From the NCBI GenBank assembly GCA_963674705.1, contig OY771506.1:352001-416000 (forward strand): a DNA stretch of 64,000 nucleotides, read 5' to 3'. The translations under genes were made by a program, and so were the position numbers. This document shows positions 36,565-46,296 of the stretch, piece after piece. How positions within the stretch are numbered: position 1 is the first letter of the stretch; the number at the start of each line of letters is the position of its first letter. Under the pieces are notes generated by a model. The model saw only the letters and a program-made list of their open reading frames with translations. It was not told where the DNA came from and did no database searches. This stretch comes from Phycisphaeraceae bacterium (GTDB taxonomy: Bacteria; Planctomycetota; Phycisphaerae; Phycisphaerales; Phycisphaeraceae).

Positions 36565-38372
36565 GCGCTTGTCACCGCGGTGTGGATCCTGAAGTCTTGT
36601 ACGTGCAGTTCGGGTCGGCGTACGCCTTGCCAGGTGTTGATCTTGGGCTCGAACAGGACGTCGATCATTGCGCCGGCGGGTAGTTTTGTTGCGTGGTCGC
36701 CCTGCCCGAACGCGACGGCTCTGATCGCTCTGCCATTATAGGTAAAGGACATCGACAGGTGTTTGCCGGACGCGCCCATGCGTTGGGCGGGTCGATCGAG
36801 TACGGCTTGTCGCAGAAGCAATCTCGGTGTCGGGTTGCCGCGGCCGAACGGGGCGAGTTTGGTTAATTGATCGAAGACATCGAGCGTACACCAGTTCGGC
36901 TCGACTTCGGCATCGACGCGGATGCTGCGTGTCAGATCTTGCTCAGTCAACATCTTGTTGACTTGCTGAACGAGCAATTCGCGGAAGTCGTCGATTTTGT
37001 CGGCCTGGAGTGTGAGTCCCGCTGCCATGGCGTGGCCGCCGAATTTATCCATGAAGTGGCTGCACGCGGTGAGCGCTTCGTGGATGGATACGCCGTCGAC
37101 GCTGCGTGCCGAGCCTTGCGCGATGCCGTTGTTGATGCCGAGGACGATCGCGGGGCGAGCGTAGGTATCGACGAGGCGGCTTGCGACGATGCCGACGACG
37201 CCGGAGTGCCAGCCCTGGCCCCCCACTACGATCGCGCGGCGGTCCGGCGTGTTGTAGCCTTTCTCTTCAATGATCTGTTTTGCCTGTTCGACGATGGTAC
37301 GTTCAGTGGCTCGTCGTTTATCGTTTTCGTTTGTGAGGAATCGTGCGAGTTCTGTAGCGCGTGGGCCTTGCGCGGTGGTCAGCAGTTCGAGTGCATCTTT
37401 AGCGTGTCCCATGCGGCCGCAGGCGTTGAGTCTTGGGCCAAGAACGAAGCCGACGTGGTAAGCGTCGATTTTTTCATCGCGCAAGCGCGCGACGTCGATC
37501 AGCGCGGCTAAGCCTTCGAAGTTCGCCTGCTTGATCCGGCTTAGGCCGAACGCGGTGAGGATGCGGTTTTCATCGATGAGGGGGACGACATCGGCGACGG
37601 TGCCGAGCGCGACGAGACTAAGCAGCTCGATCATCAGCTTGCGATAGCTATCGGGCAGGCGGTCGGAGCCGCAAAGCTCTCTTGCGAATTGCCAGGCGAC
37701 TTTGAAGGCGACGCCTGCGCCGCAGATGTGTTGGCAAGGGTATGGGAGGCTTGAGGCTTGAGGCTTGAGGCTTGGGTGAACCAAGGCGTAAGCGTTGGGG
37801 AGATTTTGGGGGTCGAACTCGTGGTGGTCGGTGATGATGAGGTCGACGCCGAGGTCTTTGGCGACTTGCGCCGGTTCGGTTGCGGTGATGCCGCAGTCGA
37901 CGGAGATGATAAGAGGTTTAGCGGTGGCGTCGTTGATGATGGCGCGGATGGCGTCGGCGTTGAGGCCGTAGCCTTCATCGAGTCGGTGCGGGATGTAGGT
38001 GTGGACATCTGCGCCGGCGAGTTTGAGTGTGTGCCAGAGCGCGGCGCTGGCGGTGACACCGTCGACATCGTAGTCGCCGTAGATCACGATGGGCTGTTTG
38101 TCGTGGACGGCCTGGACTAAACGTTTGGCGGCTTGGGTCGCGCCGGGGAGCAGCGCGGGGTCGTGCAGGTCGTTGAGTTTGGGATTGAGGAATTTGGCGG
38201 CGGATTCGCGGGCCTGTTCGCTGTTATCACAGCTTTCGGTGCGCTGCGCGAGGATGCGCGCGACCAATGGGGGCACGCCCAGCGAACGGATCAGGTCCTG
38301 CGCGAGCTGATCGGTCGCCTGCGGCGTTTGCTCGGTGAACTTCCAACGATAACGAATCCCTGCCTCCTGCAT
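36561..38372 (-). CDS. recJ: ssDNA exonuclease RecJ
   Basis: YGDYDVDG, EGYGL, VDCGI, TDHH, GTVADVVPL, PRLNA.GR and GSARS...GGH.MAAG motifs. Confidence 0.97.
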   Translation of the reverse strand: MQEAGIRYRWKFTEQTPQATDQLAQDLIRSLGVPPLVARILAQRTESCDNSEQARESAAKFLNPKLNDLHDPALLPGATQAAKRLVQAVHDKQPIVIYGDYDVDGVTASAALWHTLKLAGADVHTYIPHRLDEGYGLNADAIRAIINDATAKPLIISVDCGITATEPAQVAKDLGVDLIITDHHEFDPQNLPNAYALVHPSLKPQASSLPYPCQHICGAGVAFKVAWQFARELCGSDRLPDSYRKLMIELLSLVALGTVADVVPLIDENRILTAFGLSRIKQANFEGLAALIDVARLRDEKIDAYHVGFVLGPRLNACGRMGHAKDALELLTTAQGPRATELARFLTNENDKRRATERTIVEQAKQIIEEKGYNTPDRRAIVVGGQGWHSGVVGIVASRLVDTYARPAIVLGINNGIAQGSARSVDGVSIHEALTACSHFMDKFGGHAMAAGLTLQADKIDDFRELLVQQVNKMLTEQDLTRSIRVDAEVEPNWCTLDVFDQLTKLAPFGRGNPTPRLLLRQAVLDRPAQRMGASGKHLSMSFTYNGRAIRAVAFGQGDHATKLPAGAMIDVLFEPKINTWQGVRRPELHVQDFRIHTAVTSA

Positions 38373-38444
38373 GGGTACATCATACCGCCCGACGCGCCCG
38401 GGTTCTTAGCGGTATTTGCAGCAATTTTGTCCGCCCCATTTGCT

Positions 38445-38519
38445 GTCATCCTCGTGCAGGCGGGGATCTACGTCCGGGGATTCATTGGACGCGTGGATTC
38501 CCGCGTGCGTGGGAATGAC
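38445..38519. repeat. Inverted REP-like pair (GTCAT[C/T]C.CG...G.GGGAATC type)
   Basis: GTCATCCTCGTGCAGGCGGGGATCTA ... TGGATTCCCGCGTGCGTGGGAATGAC. Confidence 0.75.
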
Positions 38520-38655
38520 GAGATTCATCGTGTAAATCACTTTAGCGGTATACTGGGGTGAAGTAATCACCCTTTTTAGCGGAGGATCACGGATGATCCG
38601 GCGCGATTCTGAGCAAACAGAACGTTTTAACAGCAATCTATCGCATGGTAGAGCC

Positions 38656-40032
38656 ATGTCACACGGGCGGTATGCCACGGCACGAGCGGCGCTGTTGTGT
38701 GCGATCGTTGGGCTGATGCTGGTGATCCTGGGCTGCGATGCGACGACGCCCGTCTCGCCTGTTTATCATCCCCGACCGATGCAGCCGGTCCCGGCACAGA
38801 AGCAGGTCGTGCAGCAGCAGATCGTGTTGCCAGCGATCACATCTATCCGCAGCGAACCGGTGATTCGCGTACGTATCGACAAGGGCCAAACGCGGGCGAA
38901 CCTGTCGAGCCCATCGGGATTGATGGTGGGCCCGGCCGATCCGAACCTGAACACGGCTGCACGCCATTATCCAACCGCGGTGGCGGTGACGCTCTATCAG
39001 GGCGCGTTTCTGATCACGGATACGAATCGACAGTCCATACGCTGGGCGTTGCCGGAGCTGTTGATTTCGCCGGCGGCGACGGGTCAGCTTGTGACTTTCA
39101 ATGGTAAGACGTACCCCGGATCGATTGCGCTTGTGCCGAGCAAGAACGGAAACGGTGTGCCGACCGGCGGGCTTGATGTGGTGAATCACGTGGGGATGGA
39201 ATCGTACCTGCCGGGCGTTGTTGAGCGGGAGTTGTATGGCTCGTGGGAGCCGACCACTTTCCGTGCGGCGGCGATCGCGGCGCGAACGTATGCGATCTTT
39301 GAAGCGTCGATGAGTGCGGACAAGCATTTTGATCTTGAATCGACGACGGCAAGCCAGGCGTATTCGGGACAGGCGACAAATCCGAAGGCGGTGTCGGCGG
39401 TGGCGCAGACGCGCGGGTTGTTGATTGAATACCAGGGGCGGATCGTGCCGGCGTTTTATTCGAGTTCCTGCGGGGGGACGGGGCAGGACGCGGTGTCGGC
39501 GTTTACGTGGTTGCCGGGTTTGCCGGACATTGCACCGTTGCGCGGGCAGAACCACGGGCCTTACTGTAACAAGAGCACCAAATTTCGATGGGGGCCGATC
39601 ACGCGCAACAAATCGACGCTGGAAGCGCGGATGCGTGCGTGGGGCGAGAGCGAAGGGCATCCGATCAAGTCACTGCGTGGCTTGCGCGATATCCGGATCA
39701 CGAAGACGAACGCGGTGGGTCGGCCGACGCAGTTCACGATTACGGACAACGCGGGATTGATGTACACGCTCGGGCCGGAGCAGTTCCGCTTTGCGTGTAA
39801 CAACAGCGCGACGGGGATCGGGGCTGTGCCGAGGGAGCAGTCGTTGAACAGCAGCCACGTGCAGGTATCGGTCGGCGCGTCGACGGTGACGTTCCATGAC
39901 GGGCGCGGGTATGGGCACGGCGTGGGGTTATGCCAGTTCGGCGCCCAGGCGCTGGCGCAGGCGGGGTATAACGAGTATTCGATTTTGTCGTTCTACTATC
40001 CGGGGTCGCGCGTGGTGCGGGCGTATCGGTGA
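38656..40032 (+). CDS. SpoIID/LytB-domain lipoprotein (peptidoglycan lytic transglycosylase family)
   Basis: Lipobox VILG-C; VN.V.ME.YLPGVV..E, A.AIAARTYA, SQAY, YSSSCGG and GYGHGVGLCQFGA motifs. Confidence 0.92.
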   Translation: MSHGRYATARAALLCAIVGLMLVILGCDATTPVSPVYHPRPMQPVPAQKQVVQQQIVLPAITSIRSEPVIRVRIDKGQTRANLSSPSGLMVGPADPNLNTAARHYPTAVAVTLYQGAFLITDTNRQSIRWALPELLISPAATGQLVTFNGKTYPGSIALVPSKNGNGVPTGGLDVVNHVGMESYLPGVVERELYGSWEPTTFRAAAIAARTYAIFEASMSADKHFDLESTTASQAYSGQATNPKAVSAVAQTRGLLIEYQGRIVPAFYSSSCGGTGQDAVSAFTWLPGLPDIAPLRGQNHGPYCNKSTKFRWGPITRNKSTLEARMRAWGESEGHPIKSLRGLRDIRITKTNAVGRPTQFTITDNAGLMYTLGPEQFRFACNNSATGIGAVPREQSLNSSHVQVSVGASTVTFHDGRGYGHGVGLCQFGAQALAQAGYNEYSILSFYYPGSRVVRAYR

Positions 40033-40119
40033 GAGAACGAAACTGGTTTAGGGCAAGAGCGCTAAGCCGCAAGCGGCTTATGGGGCGGGGTTACTGATTG
40101 AACACATTACGGCGTGTTG

Positions 40120-40905
40120 TTATTCGTCGCGTTCGGCGATCGGGGGGTAGGAGGTTCGGCGGCGTTTGGCTTTTTCTACGTGGCCGATGACCGGCTCGGG
40201 GATGGTGGGTTGGGTCTTGAGGTTCCACGATTCGAGGTCGAAACGGCTGAGGATGTGGTCGACACCGTCTTTGACATCGTCGGTGATGTAGAAGAGGTTC
40301 AGGTCTTCGGGGCTGATGGTTTCGTACTTTTTAAGCAACGTGCCGCGCATCCAGTCGACCATGCCGGACCAGAAGTCGCTGCCGATGAGGACGACGGGGA
40401 AGGGCGCGATTTTTAGGGTCTGGATGAGCGTGATGGCTTCGAAGAATTCGTCCATGGTGCCGAAGCCGCCGGGGAAGCAGATGAACCCGCAGGCGTACTT
40501 GACGAACATGACCTTGCGGATGAAGAAGTAGCGGAAGTCGAGTGCGTGAGTCTGGTAGCGGTTGGGGTCCTGCTCCATGGGCAGGTCGATGTTGAGCCCG
40601 ACGCTGGTGCCGCCGGCTTCGTAGGCGCCTTTGTTGGCGGCTTCCATGATGCCGGGGCCGCCGCCGGTGATGACGGCCAGCTCGTTCTTGACGATGTATC
40701 GGCCGCAGGCAACTGCCTGTTTGTAGATTGGGTTGTTTGATTCTGTCCTGGCGGAGCCGAAGACGGTGACGGCGGGGCCGACCTCGCTCATGACTTCAAA
40801 GCCGTCGACGAACTCCGAAAGGATACGGAACAACCGCCAGGTTTCGCGACTGAGGGATGCTTCGCGGTTGAACACTTCGATGCCGTTACCATTGCCGTTT
40901 GCCAT
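40120..40905 (-). CDS. LOG family (TIGR00730) nucleotide phosphoribohydrolase
   Basis: VFGSAR, TGGGPGIMEAANKGA, YFFIRKVMF and PGGFGTMDE motifs. Confidence 0.94.
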   Translation of the reverse strand: MANGNGNGIEVFNREASLSRETWRLFRILSEFVDGFEVMSEVGPAVTVFGSARTESNNPIYKQAVACGRYIVKNELAVITGGGPGIMEAANKGAYEAGGTSVGLNIDLPMEQDPNRYQTHALDFRYFFIRKVMFVKYACGFICFPGGFGTMDEFFEAITLIQTLKIAPFPVVLIGSDFWSGMVDWMRGTLLKKYETISPEDLNLFYITDDVKDGVDHILSRFDLESWNLKTQPTIPEPVIGHVEKAKRRRTSYPPIAERDE

Positions 40906-40933
40906 GTCTGCCTCCTAATCCGGTTCTCCATCA

Positions 40934-41077
40934 AGCCGCGAAGCTTAAAGACTTTTTATTAGCCGCAAATGAACGCAAATGGACGCGGATGTTGTTGAAG
41001 GTCGAACCCTATCAATCGACAGATTAATTTGCGTGGATTAGCGTTTATTGTCGGCTTGCTTTGCTGCTTCGCGGTTG
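40934..41077. repeat. Empty nested 9-mer inverted-repeat element
   Basis: CCGCGAAGC..AGCCGCAAATGAACGCAAATGGACGCGGAT ... ATTTGCGTGGATTAGCGTTTATTGTCGGCT..GCTTCGCGG. Confidence 0.8.
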
Positions 41078-41095
41078 GATCTCCTATGAACGAAA

Positions 41096-41136
41096 TAAAA
41101 ACCGGCCGGGCGTGTTGCTCCGGCCGGGTCGTTTTG
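41096..41136 (-). terminator. Terminator after rplT
   Basis: CCGGCCGG hairpin followed by a T-run on the minus strand. Confidence 0.7.
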
Positions 41137-41162
41137 ACGCTTTTAATTGCGTACACCCGGCG

Positions 41163-41537
41163 TTATGCCGCAGTGTTCAGGGATGCCAAGCCTGCCTTGG
41201 CTTGCTCGACGATCTTGTCGAAGCCGGCCGGGTCGTGGATCGCCACCTCGCTGAGCATCTTACGGTTCAGGTCGATGTTGGCGGCCTTGAGACCGGCGAT
41301 GAACTGGCTGTAGTTGATGCCGCGCATCTGGCAGGCGGCGCTGATGCGGGTGATCCAGAGTTGGCGGTAGTCACGCTTGACCAGACGACGGTCGCGGTAG
41401 TTATAGACACCGGCGCGGATAACCGCTTCCTGGACCTTGCGCCATTGCGTCCGGCGTGCGCCGCGGTTGCCCTTGGCTTTCTTGAACCAGCGGACCTTCG
41501 CCTGTCGGCGGGCCGCACCTTTGCGTGCTCGTGGCAT
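41163..41537 (-). CDS. rplT: 50S ribosomal protein bL20
   Basis: MPRARKG, YRDRR..KRDYRQLWITRI and LNRKMLSE.AI.D motifs. Confidence 0.98.
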   Translation of the reverse strand: MPRARKGAARRQAKVRWFKKAKGNRGARRTQWRKVQEAVIRAGVYNYRDRRLVKRDYRQLWITRISAACQMRGINYSQFIAGLKAANIDLNRKMLSEVAIHDPAGFDKIVEQAKAGLASLNTAA

Positions 41538-41693
41538 CGCTGCTCTCCTTTATCGCGACGGCGGGGGACGGGTTTTACGCACCCGACACTTGGAGTTCCC
41601 GACTCGCAGATGTTTCAGGGTGTAGGGGTGTGGGGTTTGGGGTGTAGGGTCCCAATCCGCAGCAGCCCGACCCATTGGGGTTACTTCCGGGGG

Positions 41694-41912
41694 TTAGTCG
41701 GCATCGACGGGCTTGAGGGGGCGGTGAAGCATGTGCTTGAGCCGGTTCATATCGCCCTTCTTAGCCACGAACTTACCGCGTAGCCGTCGGCTCTCGTTGC
41801 CGGTCGACACGCTGTTAAGGTGGCTGGTGCCCGCTTTACGGAACTTGACCTTGCCCTTGGCGGTGATCTTCGCGCGCTTGAGCAAACCTTTATGTGACTT
41901 CATCTTGGGCAT
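41694..41912 (-). CDS. rpmI: 50S ribosomal protein bL35
   Basis: MPKMKSHKG..KR.KIT..GK; lies upstream of rplT. Confidence 0.96.
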   Translation of the reverse strand: MPKMKSHKGLLKRAKITAKGKVKFRKAGTSHLNSVSTGNESRRLRGKFVAKKGDMNRLKHMLHRPLKPVDAD

Positions 41913-41957
41913 GGTGGTATCCCGTGGTTGATTGCTACTCGTTCAGTCGAGCCGGGT

Positions 41958-41986
41958 ATTGTAATCGGGGCGGGCTGAGATGCCAA
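41958..41986 (-). promoter_or_regulatory. sigma70 promoter of rpmI-rplT
   Basis: TTGGCA-17 nt-TACAAT on the minus strand. Confidence 0.65.
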
Positions 41987-42080
41987 ATAATTGGCTTGTC
42001 GCCTCCGGCCGGCTAGAGCGGACATGTCCGCCTCCACCCCCTCCCCCCGCATGTATTTATACGCATATCCATTTATCAAA

Positions 42081-42277
42081 GATCAACTTAACGCATGTCC
42101 GCCCCAAAGGGACAGGACGTCCGCCCCCTTGATTCCGGGCCGTGAGGGCCGATCGAAGTGTCCGGGCGGACACCCGGTGACACGCTGGTCCAGCCGGGCC
42201 GGCACTTCGTGGGAGGCGAAAAAACAGAGCCTCCCTAATAGGGAGCAGGGACCGGGGCTGTGCGCACAACAGCGACC
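42081..42277 (-). ncRNA. ssrS: Probable 6S RNA
   Basis: ~195-nt rod-like self-complementarity; GTCCCTGCTCCC / GGAATCAAGGG pairing resembles the 6S CCCUGAGCC / GGUUCAAGGG stem next to a central bubble; apical stem CGAAGTG-CCGG...CCGG-A-CACTTCG. Confidence 0.5.
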
Positions 42278-42429
42278 AATCAGATCCACCAGGATTGATG
42301 CATCTGCTCGAAATCGCGGGTGATGTCACGATCGTGATAATAATCTTCGCAGCAACGGCTGAACTCGCGATGAGACTTGCTGAGTTGCTTGAGTTCTGCC
42401 ATAGCATTGGAGCAGAGTATGCCATTGAT

Positions 42430-42510
42430 GGGTGCCACATCTTGATCGCGCAGCGACAAGGTGTGCTGGTACTAGCACACTTTGCTCCCGCGGAGTCAAA
42501 GTGTGGCACC
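42430..42510. repeat. ~80-bp REPIN-like element, copy 2
   Basis: Near-identical to 32105-32186. Confidence 0.88.
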
Positions 42511-42614
42511 GATCAATTGATAATGTTGGCTTCAAAATGTTTGAACCAGCGATTGATCGCAGATGATGCGTATGGTTGGAGGGACCATACGCGCGTCTGC
42601 GGTTGGCCGTGGCA

Positions 42615-44507
42615 TTAGTGCGGTTTGTCTGTCGGCACATCGACAAACGATGGGTCGGGCAGGTTGGATTGATCTTCCTGCTGCTGATCGCCAGGTGAGG
42701 GTGTCCCCTGGTTTTTGTATCGCTCGGGGATCGGTGAGAGATCGAGTTCGTAGCGCCAGAAGGTCGGGCCGGCGGGTGCTAATGGTTTTTTACCTGCGCT
42801 TGCGACCTGGATGTTGTTCGGATCATTGCGTCGCATCACGACCGTCTGGCACACGGTGGGCCGGATGAAGTGGATGCGTGCGCCGGGGATCAATTCATCA
42901 AAGGCCTGATTGGAAGGAAAGCCGTCCGCGTACAAGCGGGAATCGCCTGCCTGGGTGGCGACGTACACGAGGTGTTTGCTGTCCGGGCTGAAGGTCGGGA
43001 ACTGGACATCGTCGTATTCGCCGAGGACATTGCCGTCGAGTATGACGGCGGGCCGGCCGTAGTTGGATGCCAGGTAGACGATGCGCTGGCTGTCCGGGCT
43101 GAACGCGATCGTGTTCACATCGATCTGGGTGTAGGACGGGTGAGATTTTTCGCCTTCGATCAGTGACCACTGCCCCTGGTCCAGTGCGACATACACAAAA
43201 CGTTTATCGTCGGGGCTGAAGCGTAAGCTGCCGGCGGCGAGTTGCAGGTAGGTGGCCTGTTCCTTGCCGTCGATCACCACCGCCCAGCCGTCGGGCTTGC
43301 GTACCGCGTAGGCGAAGCGACTGCCGTCGGAGCTGAGAGTCAGGCTGTTCTGCCCGATCGCTGTGTACGCGGGGCCGGGCATCTTGTCCCGCACGACCAT
43401 CCACTGCTCATTGCGTTTGAGCACCGCCCAGAGGGTTTGACCATCCGGGCTGATCGCGAGTTGGCCGGGCCGATGTGCTTCGTAGCCACGGACGGGTTTG
43501 TGGTTGCGGTAGACGCGCCAGACCTGGTCCTCACCCATGGCCCAGTAGGCAAATGTTCTGCCGTCGTCGCTGGCGACCGGCGGGGAATCAATCAGATACA
43601 TCCCGGGCCCGGCGGTGTGACGGTCGACGATGTGGTAGCGCCCTTTGTTGAACACGATGTAGAAAACACTGCGTCCATTGGGCACGGTAACGGGAGCGGA
43701 CGCGATGCGGTCCCACTTCGGCCCGGGGTCGCCATTGATGACCATGCGCCATGCGCCGTCGATATGTGCCGGGTACGCAATGATGAACGAGTCCGGCGTG
43801 ACGACGAGGTTGTCCCAGTCCAGTGAGTCGGCCAGTGGATGTGCATATTCACCATCAACGACGAAGCGTTTGTCTTCCTCGCGCGAGAGGTAGTAGGTGC
43901 GGTGGCCATCCGGTGTGAAGCATACGGGCGTGACGGGTTCGTAGGCTTCCAGTCGTTGCTTGCCGTAGAAAAGTGTCCAGCCACTATCACTGATGATCAG
44001 CCCAACGTTCTTGCTATCGGGGGTAAAGGTGGGGTCGGTGCTGTGGATGGATGTGACGACCAGTTTTCCGTTGCATGCGACACTATCGAGGCTCAGGTCG
44101 TGACTGTGGCGTTGTCGGTAGGCAACGGACCCGGAATCGGGGCTGACGCGAAGCGTCTGCATGAGGATATAGCGTTCGGGCTTGTCCGGACCGATTGGTT
44201 TGGTGCGTAAGCGCATGTCCGGCGGTTCGCCCCCCGGCAAAGCTGAGCGTTTCGGCTCTTGATCGGGCTGCTGATCCGGCTGTTGACTGGCTGAGGGCGG
44301 TTGGACGGAGTCGCTGTAGCCGGCGATGGTCTGGATCGAGAACAGCGGCCGGTCGGTTTTTTCGACTACCGGCGCGGATTCAGCGTCCGGGCCTTGCGCC
44401 AGGGGCAGGCCGGGGGTTGAAAGCAGCAGAGCCATGGCTATCGCTTGGGGGATCACGAGCTTTCTCCCATTGATTATCGGACCCATGCCCCATGGATCGG
44501 GGCCCAC
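42615..44507 (-). CDS. Secreted WD40/PD40-like beta-propeller protein
   Basis: Repeated FSPDG/S...AY.A...W.VV.DG units; signal peptide. Real start probably ~44435-44486. Confidence 0.85.
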   Translation of the reverse strand: MGPDPWGMGPIINGRKLVIPQAIAMALLLSTPGLPLAQGPDAESAPVVEKTDRPLFSIQTIAGYSDSVQPPSASQQPDQQPDQEPKRSALPGGEPPDMRLRTKPIGPDKPERYILMQTLRVSPDSGSVAYRQRHSHDLSLDSVACNGKLVVTSIHSTDPTFTPDSKNVGLIISDSGWTLFYGKQRLEAYEPVTPVCFTPDGHRTYYLSREEDKRFVVDGEYAHPLADSLDWDNLVVTPDSFIIAYPAHIDGAWRMVINGDPGPKWDRIASAPVTVPNGRSVFYIVFNKGRYHIVDRHTAGPGMYLIDSPPVASDDGRTFAYWAMGEDQVWRVYRNHKPVRGYEAHRPGQLAISPDGQTLWAVLKRNEQWMVVRDKMPGPAYTAIGQNSLTLSSDGSRFAYAVRKPDGWAVVIDGKEQATYLQLAAGSLRFSPDDKRFVYVALDQGQWSLIEGEKSHPSYTQIDVNTIAFSPDSQRIVYLASNYGRPAVILDGNVLGEYDDVQFPTFSPDSKHLVYVATQAGDSRLYADGFPSNQAFDELIPGARIHFIRPTVCQTVVMRRNDPNNIQVASAGKKPLAPAGPTFWRYELDLSPIPERYKNQGTPSPGDQQQEDQSNLPDPSFVDVPTDKPH

Positions 44508-44615
44508 CCCATAAACCGCTATCGGCGTAAAACAGGGGCGGCTTGGGGCCTTTCAGGCTTGCCGCAGCGGCAGGCAGGCGGTAAGTTGTGGTGTTCCAAT
44601 AAGAAGGTGGTTCCC

Positions 44616-45716
44616 ATGAAGGTAATTTGCGATCGTGGCGCGTTGGTCGAGGCCCTGAACGTCATCGGGGGCGTGGTGGCATCCCGCACCCCCCGCCCGG
44701 CGTTAACCTGCGTAAAAATCCATGCCCACAAGGATGGCCTGAGCCTGTCGGCGACCGACGGCGAGGTGTCCCTGCGCCTGGCGGACGCCCGTGTCGAGGT
44801 GTCCGAGCCCGGTGATGCGCTGATCCCCGCGGATAAGCTCCAGCAGATCGTCCGTGAGTCGATCGATCCGACGCTGACGCTGCACACCGAGCAGGATGTC
44901 GCCCACATCACCGGCCAGGACTCGAAGTTCAAGGTGTTCGGCCAGCCTGCGGGTGACTTCCCGACGATCCCCACTTTCAAAGGCGATGCTGACTTTGAAA
45001 TCACCGCCGGCGAATTGCACCGGCTGATCGCGATGACGATTTTCGCCACCGCACGGGAAAACAGCCGGTACGCGATCAACGGCGTACTCGTCGAGCGTGA
45101 CAAGAAGAAACTCGTCGTCGTTGCGACGGACGGGCACCGGTTGGCCCTGGCCAAGGGTTCGTGCAAGAGTTCGACGGACCAGGCGGCCACAGCGATCGTG
45201 CCGACCAAGGCGCTGAACCTGCTGCTGCGGCTGTTTGACGATGCGGAGCAGACCGTCCGAGTGAAGATCGCGGACAGCCAGATCCTGTTCGCGACGGATA
45301 AGGCGGAGCTTTCGTCGAATCTCGTGGATGGCAACTTCCCGCCGTACAAGGACGTCGTGCCGAAGGACGGCGACAAGAAGGCGACGCTGTCGACGGACCT
45401 GTTCATCAGCGGCGTGCGGCGTGCAGCCCTTTTGACCAACGAAGAATCCAAGGGCGTACGTATGGCGTTCTCGCCGGGTGGGCTGACGCTGCGTAGCCGT
45501 GCGCCTGAGATGGGTGAAGCGGAGATCAACGTCGACCTGGCCGAGTATACCGGTGAAGACCTGGAAATCGGGTTCAATCCGGGTTATCTGCTGGATGCGC
45601 TGAAGGTGGTGGATGAGAACCAGGTCCAGCTTGAATTCAACGCGGCGAACAAGCCGGGCGTGATGAAGACCGGCCCGAACTTCCTGTACGTGATTATGCC
45701 GGTGAATCTGCAGTAA
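44616..45716 (+). CDS. dnaN: DNA polymerase III beta clamp
   Basis: LSATDGE, SRYAINGV, VATDGHRLA, GNFPPY, IGFNPGYLLD and YVIMPV motifs. Confidence 0.97.
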   Translation: MKVICDRGALVEALNVIGGVVASRTPRPALTCVKIHAHKDGLSLSATDGEVSLRLADARVEVSEPGDALIPADKLQQIVRESIDPTLTLHTEQDVAHITGQDSKFKVFGQPAGDFPTIPTFKGDADFEITAGELHRLIAMTIFATARENSRYAINGVLVERDKKKLVVVATDGHRLALAKGSCKSSTDQAATAIVPTKALNLLLRLFDDAEQTVRVKIADSQILFATDKAELSSNLVDGNFPPYKDVVPKDGDKKATLSTDLFISGVRRAALLTNEESKGVRMAFSPGGLTLRSRAPEMGEAEINVDLAEYTGEDLEIGFNPGYLLDALKVVDENQVQLEFNAANKPGVMKTGPNFLYVIMPVNLQ

Positions 45717-45915
45717 TTGCTGTTGCACCGTGTCTGAGCTTGATGCTCTGGACAACGCCGGGTCTGAGAGCCGCGAAGCGGATCGAGGGTGCGGGTGACT
45801 GGAAGAATTTCGCAGTGGTCGGTAGAGACCCGGCCCTTCGCTTTGCTCAGAACCGGCGTTGGGTGGGAATGATGTTTGTTGAATACTCCCGGGGGCGTGG
45901 GGTCGGAGGTTTGCC

Positions 45916-46194
45916 ATGCCTGAAACGTTTGGTTGGACGGATATCGAGGACATTGTGCTGTCGCTGGATGAAGCTCATCCGGATGTTGATCCACTGAGTG
46001 TGCGATTTACCGAACTGCGGAAGATGGTCGAGGCGTTGGAAGACTTCGAGGCGGAGCCCGGCCACAACGTGAATGAGCAGATCCTGGAGGCGATCCAGGC
46101 CGGCTGGCACGAGGAACGGCAGGAGCAGGCGGCCCTGGACCGTGATGAAGACGATGAAGAAGACGGCTACGAGCCCAACCGGCCGTTCCGTTGA
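45916..46194 (+). CDS. iscX: Fe-S cluster assembly protein IscX
   Basis: WTDIEDI...L.E.HPDVDP..VRFTEL...V..L.DF...NEQILEAIQ..W; GGAGG SD. Confidence 0.9.
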   Translation: MPETFGWTDIEDIVLSLDEAHPDVDPLSVRFTELRKMVEALEDFEAEPGHNVNEQILEAIQAGWHEERQEQAALDRDEDDEEDGYEPNRPFR

Positions 46195-46296
46195 GGATAC
46201 GCAACTCTTCTAAGGGCGTGTGAACAACGTTAATTCATCTTTTTTTCTGCTACTGCCCGCACTTACGCCGCTGGATCGGCTAAAGTATGTCAGTTC

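Noticed and set aside
42057..42646. ORFs 42057-42509, 42295-42618 and 31867-32340 sharing the peptide PHFDSAGAKC
   Set aside because: The similarity comes from the 80-bp REPIN-like element, not from a protein family.
44445..44615. oriC next to dnaN
   Set aside because: No dnaA, no cluster of TTATCCACA boxes and no AT-rich unwinding element; the ORF extension upstream of 44616 is probably non-coding.
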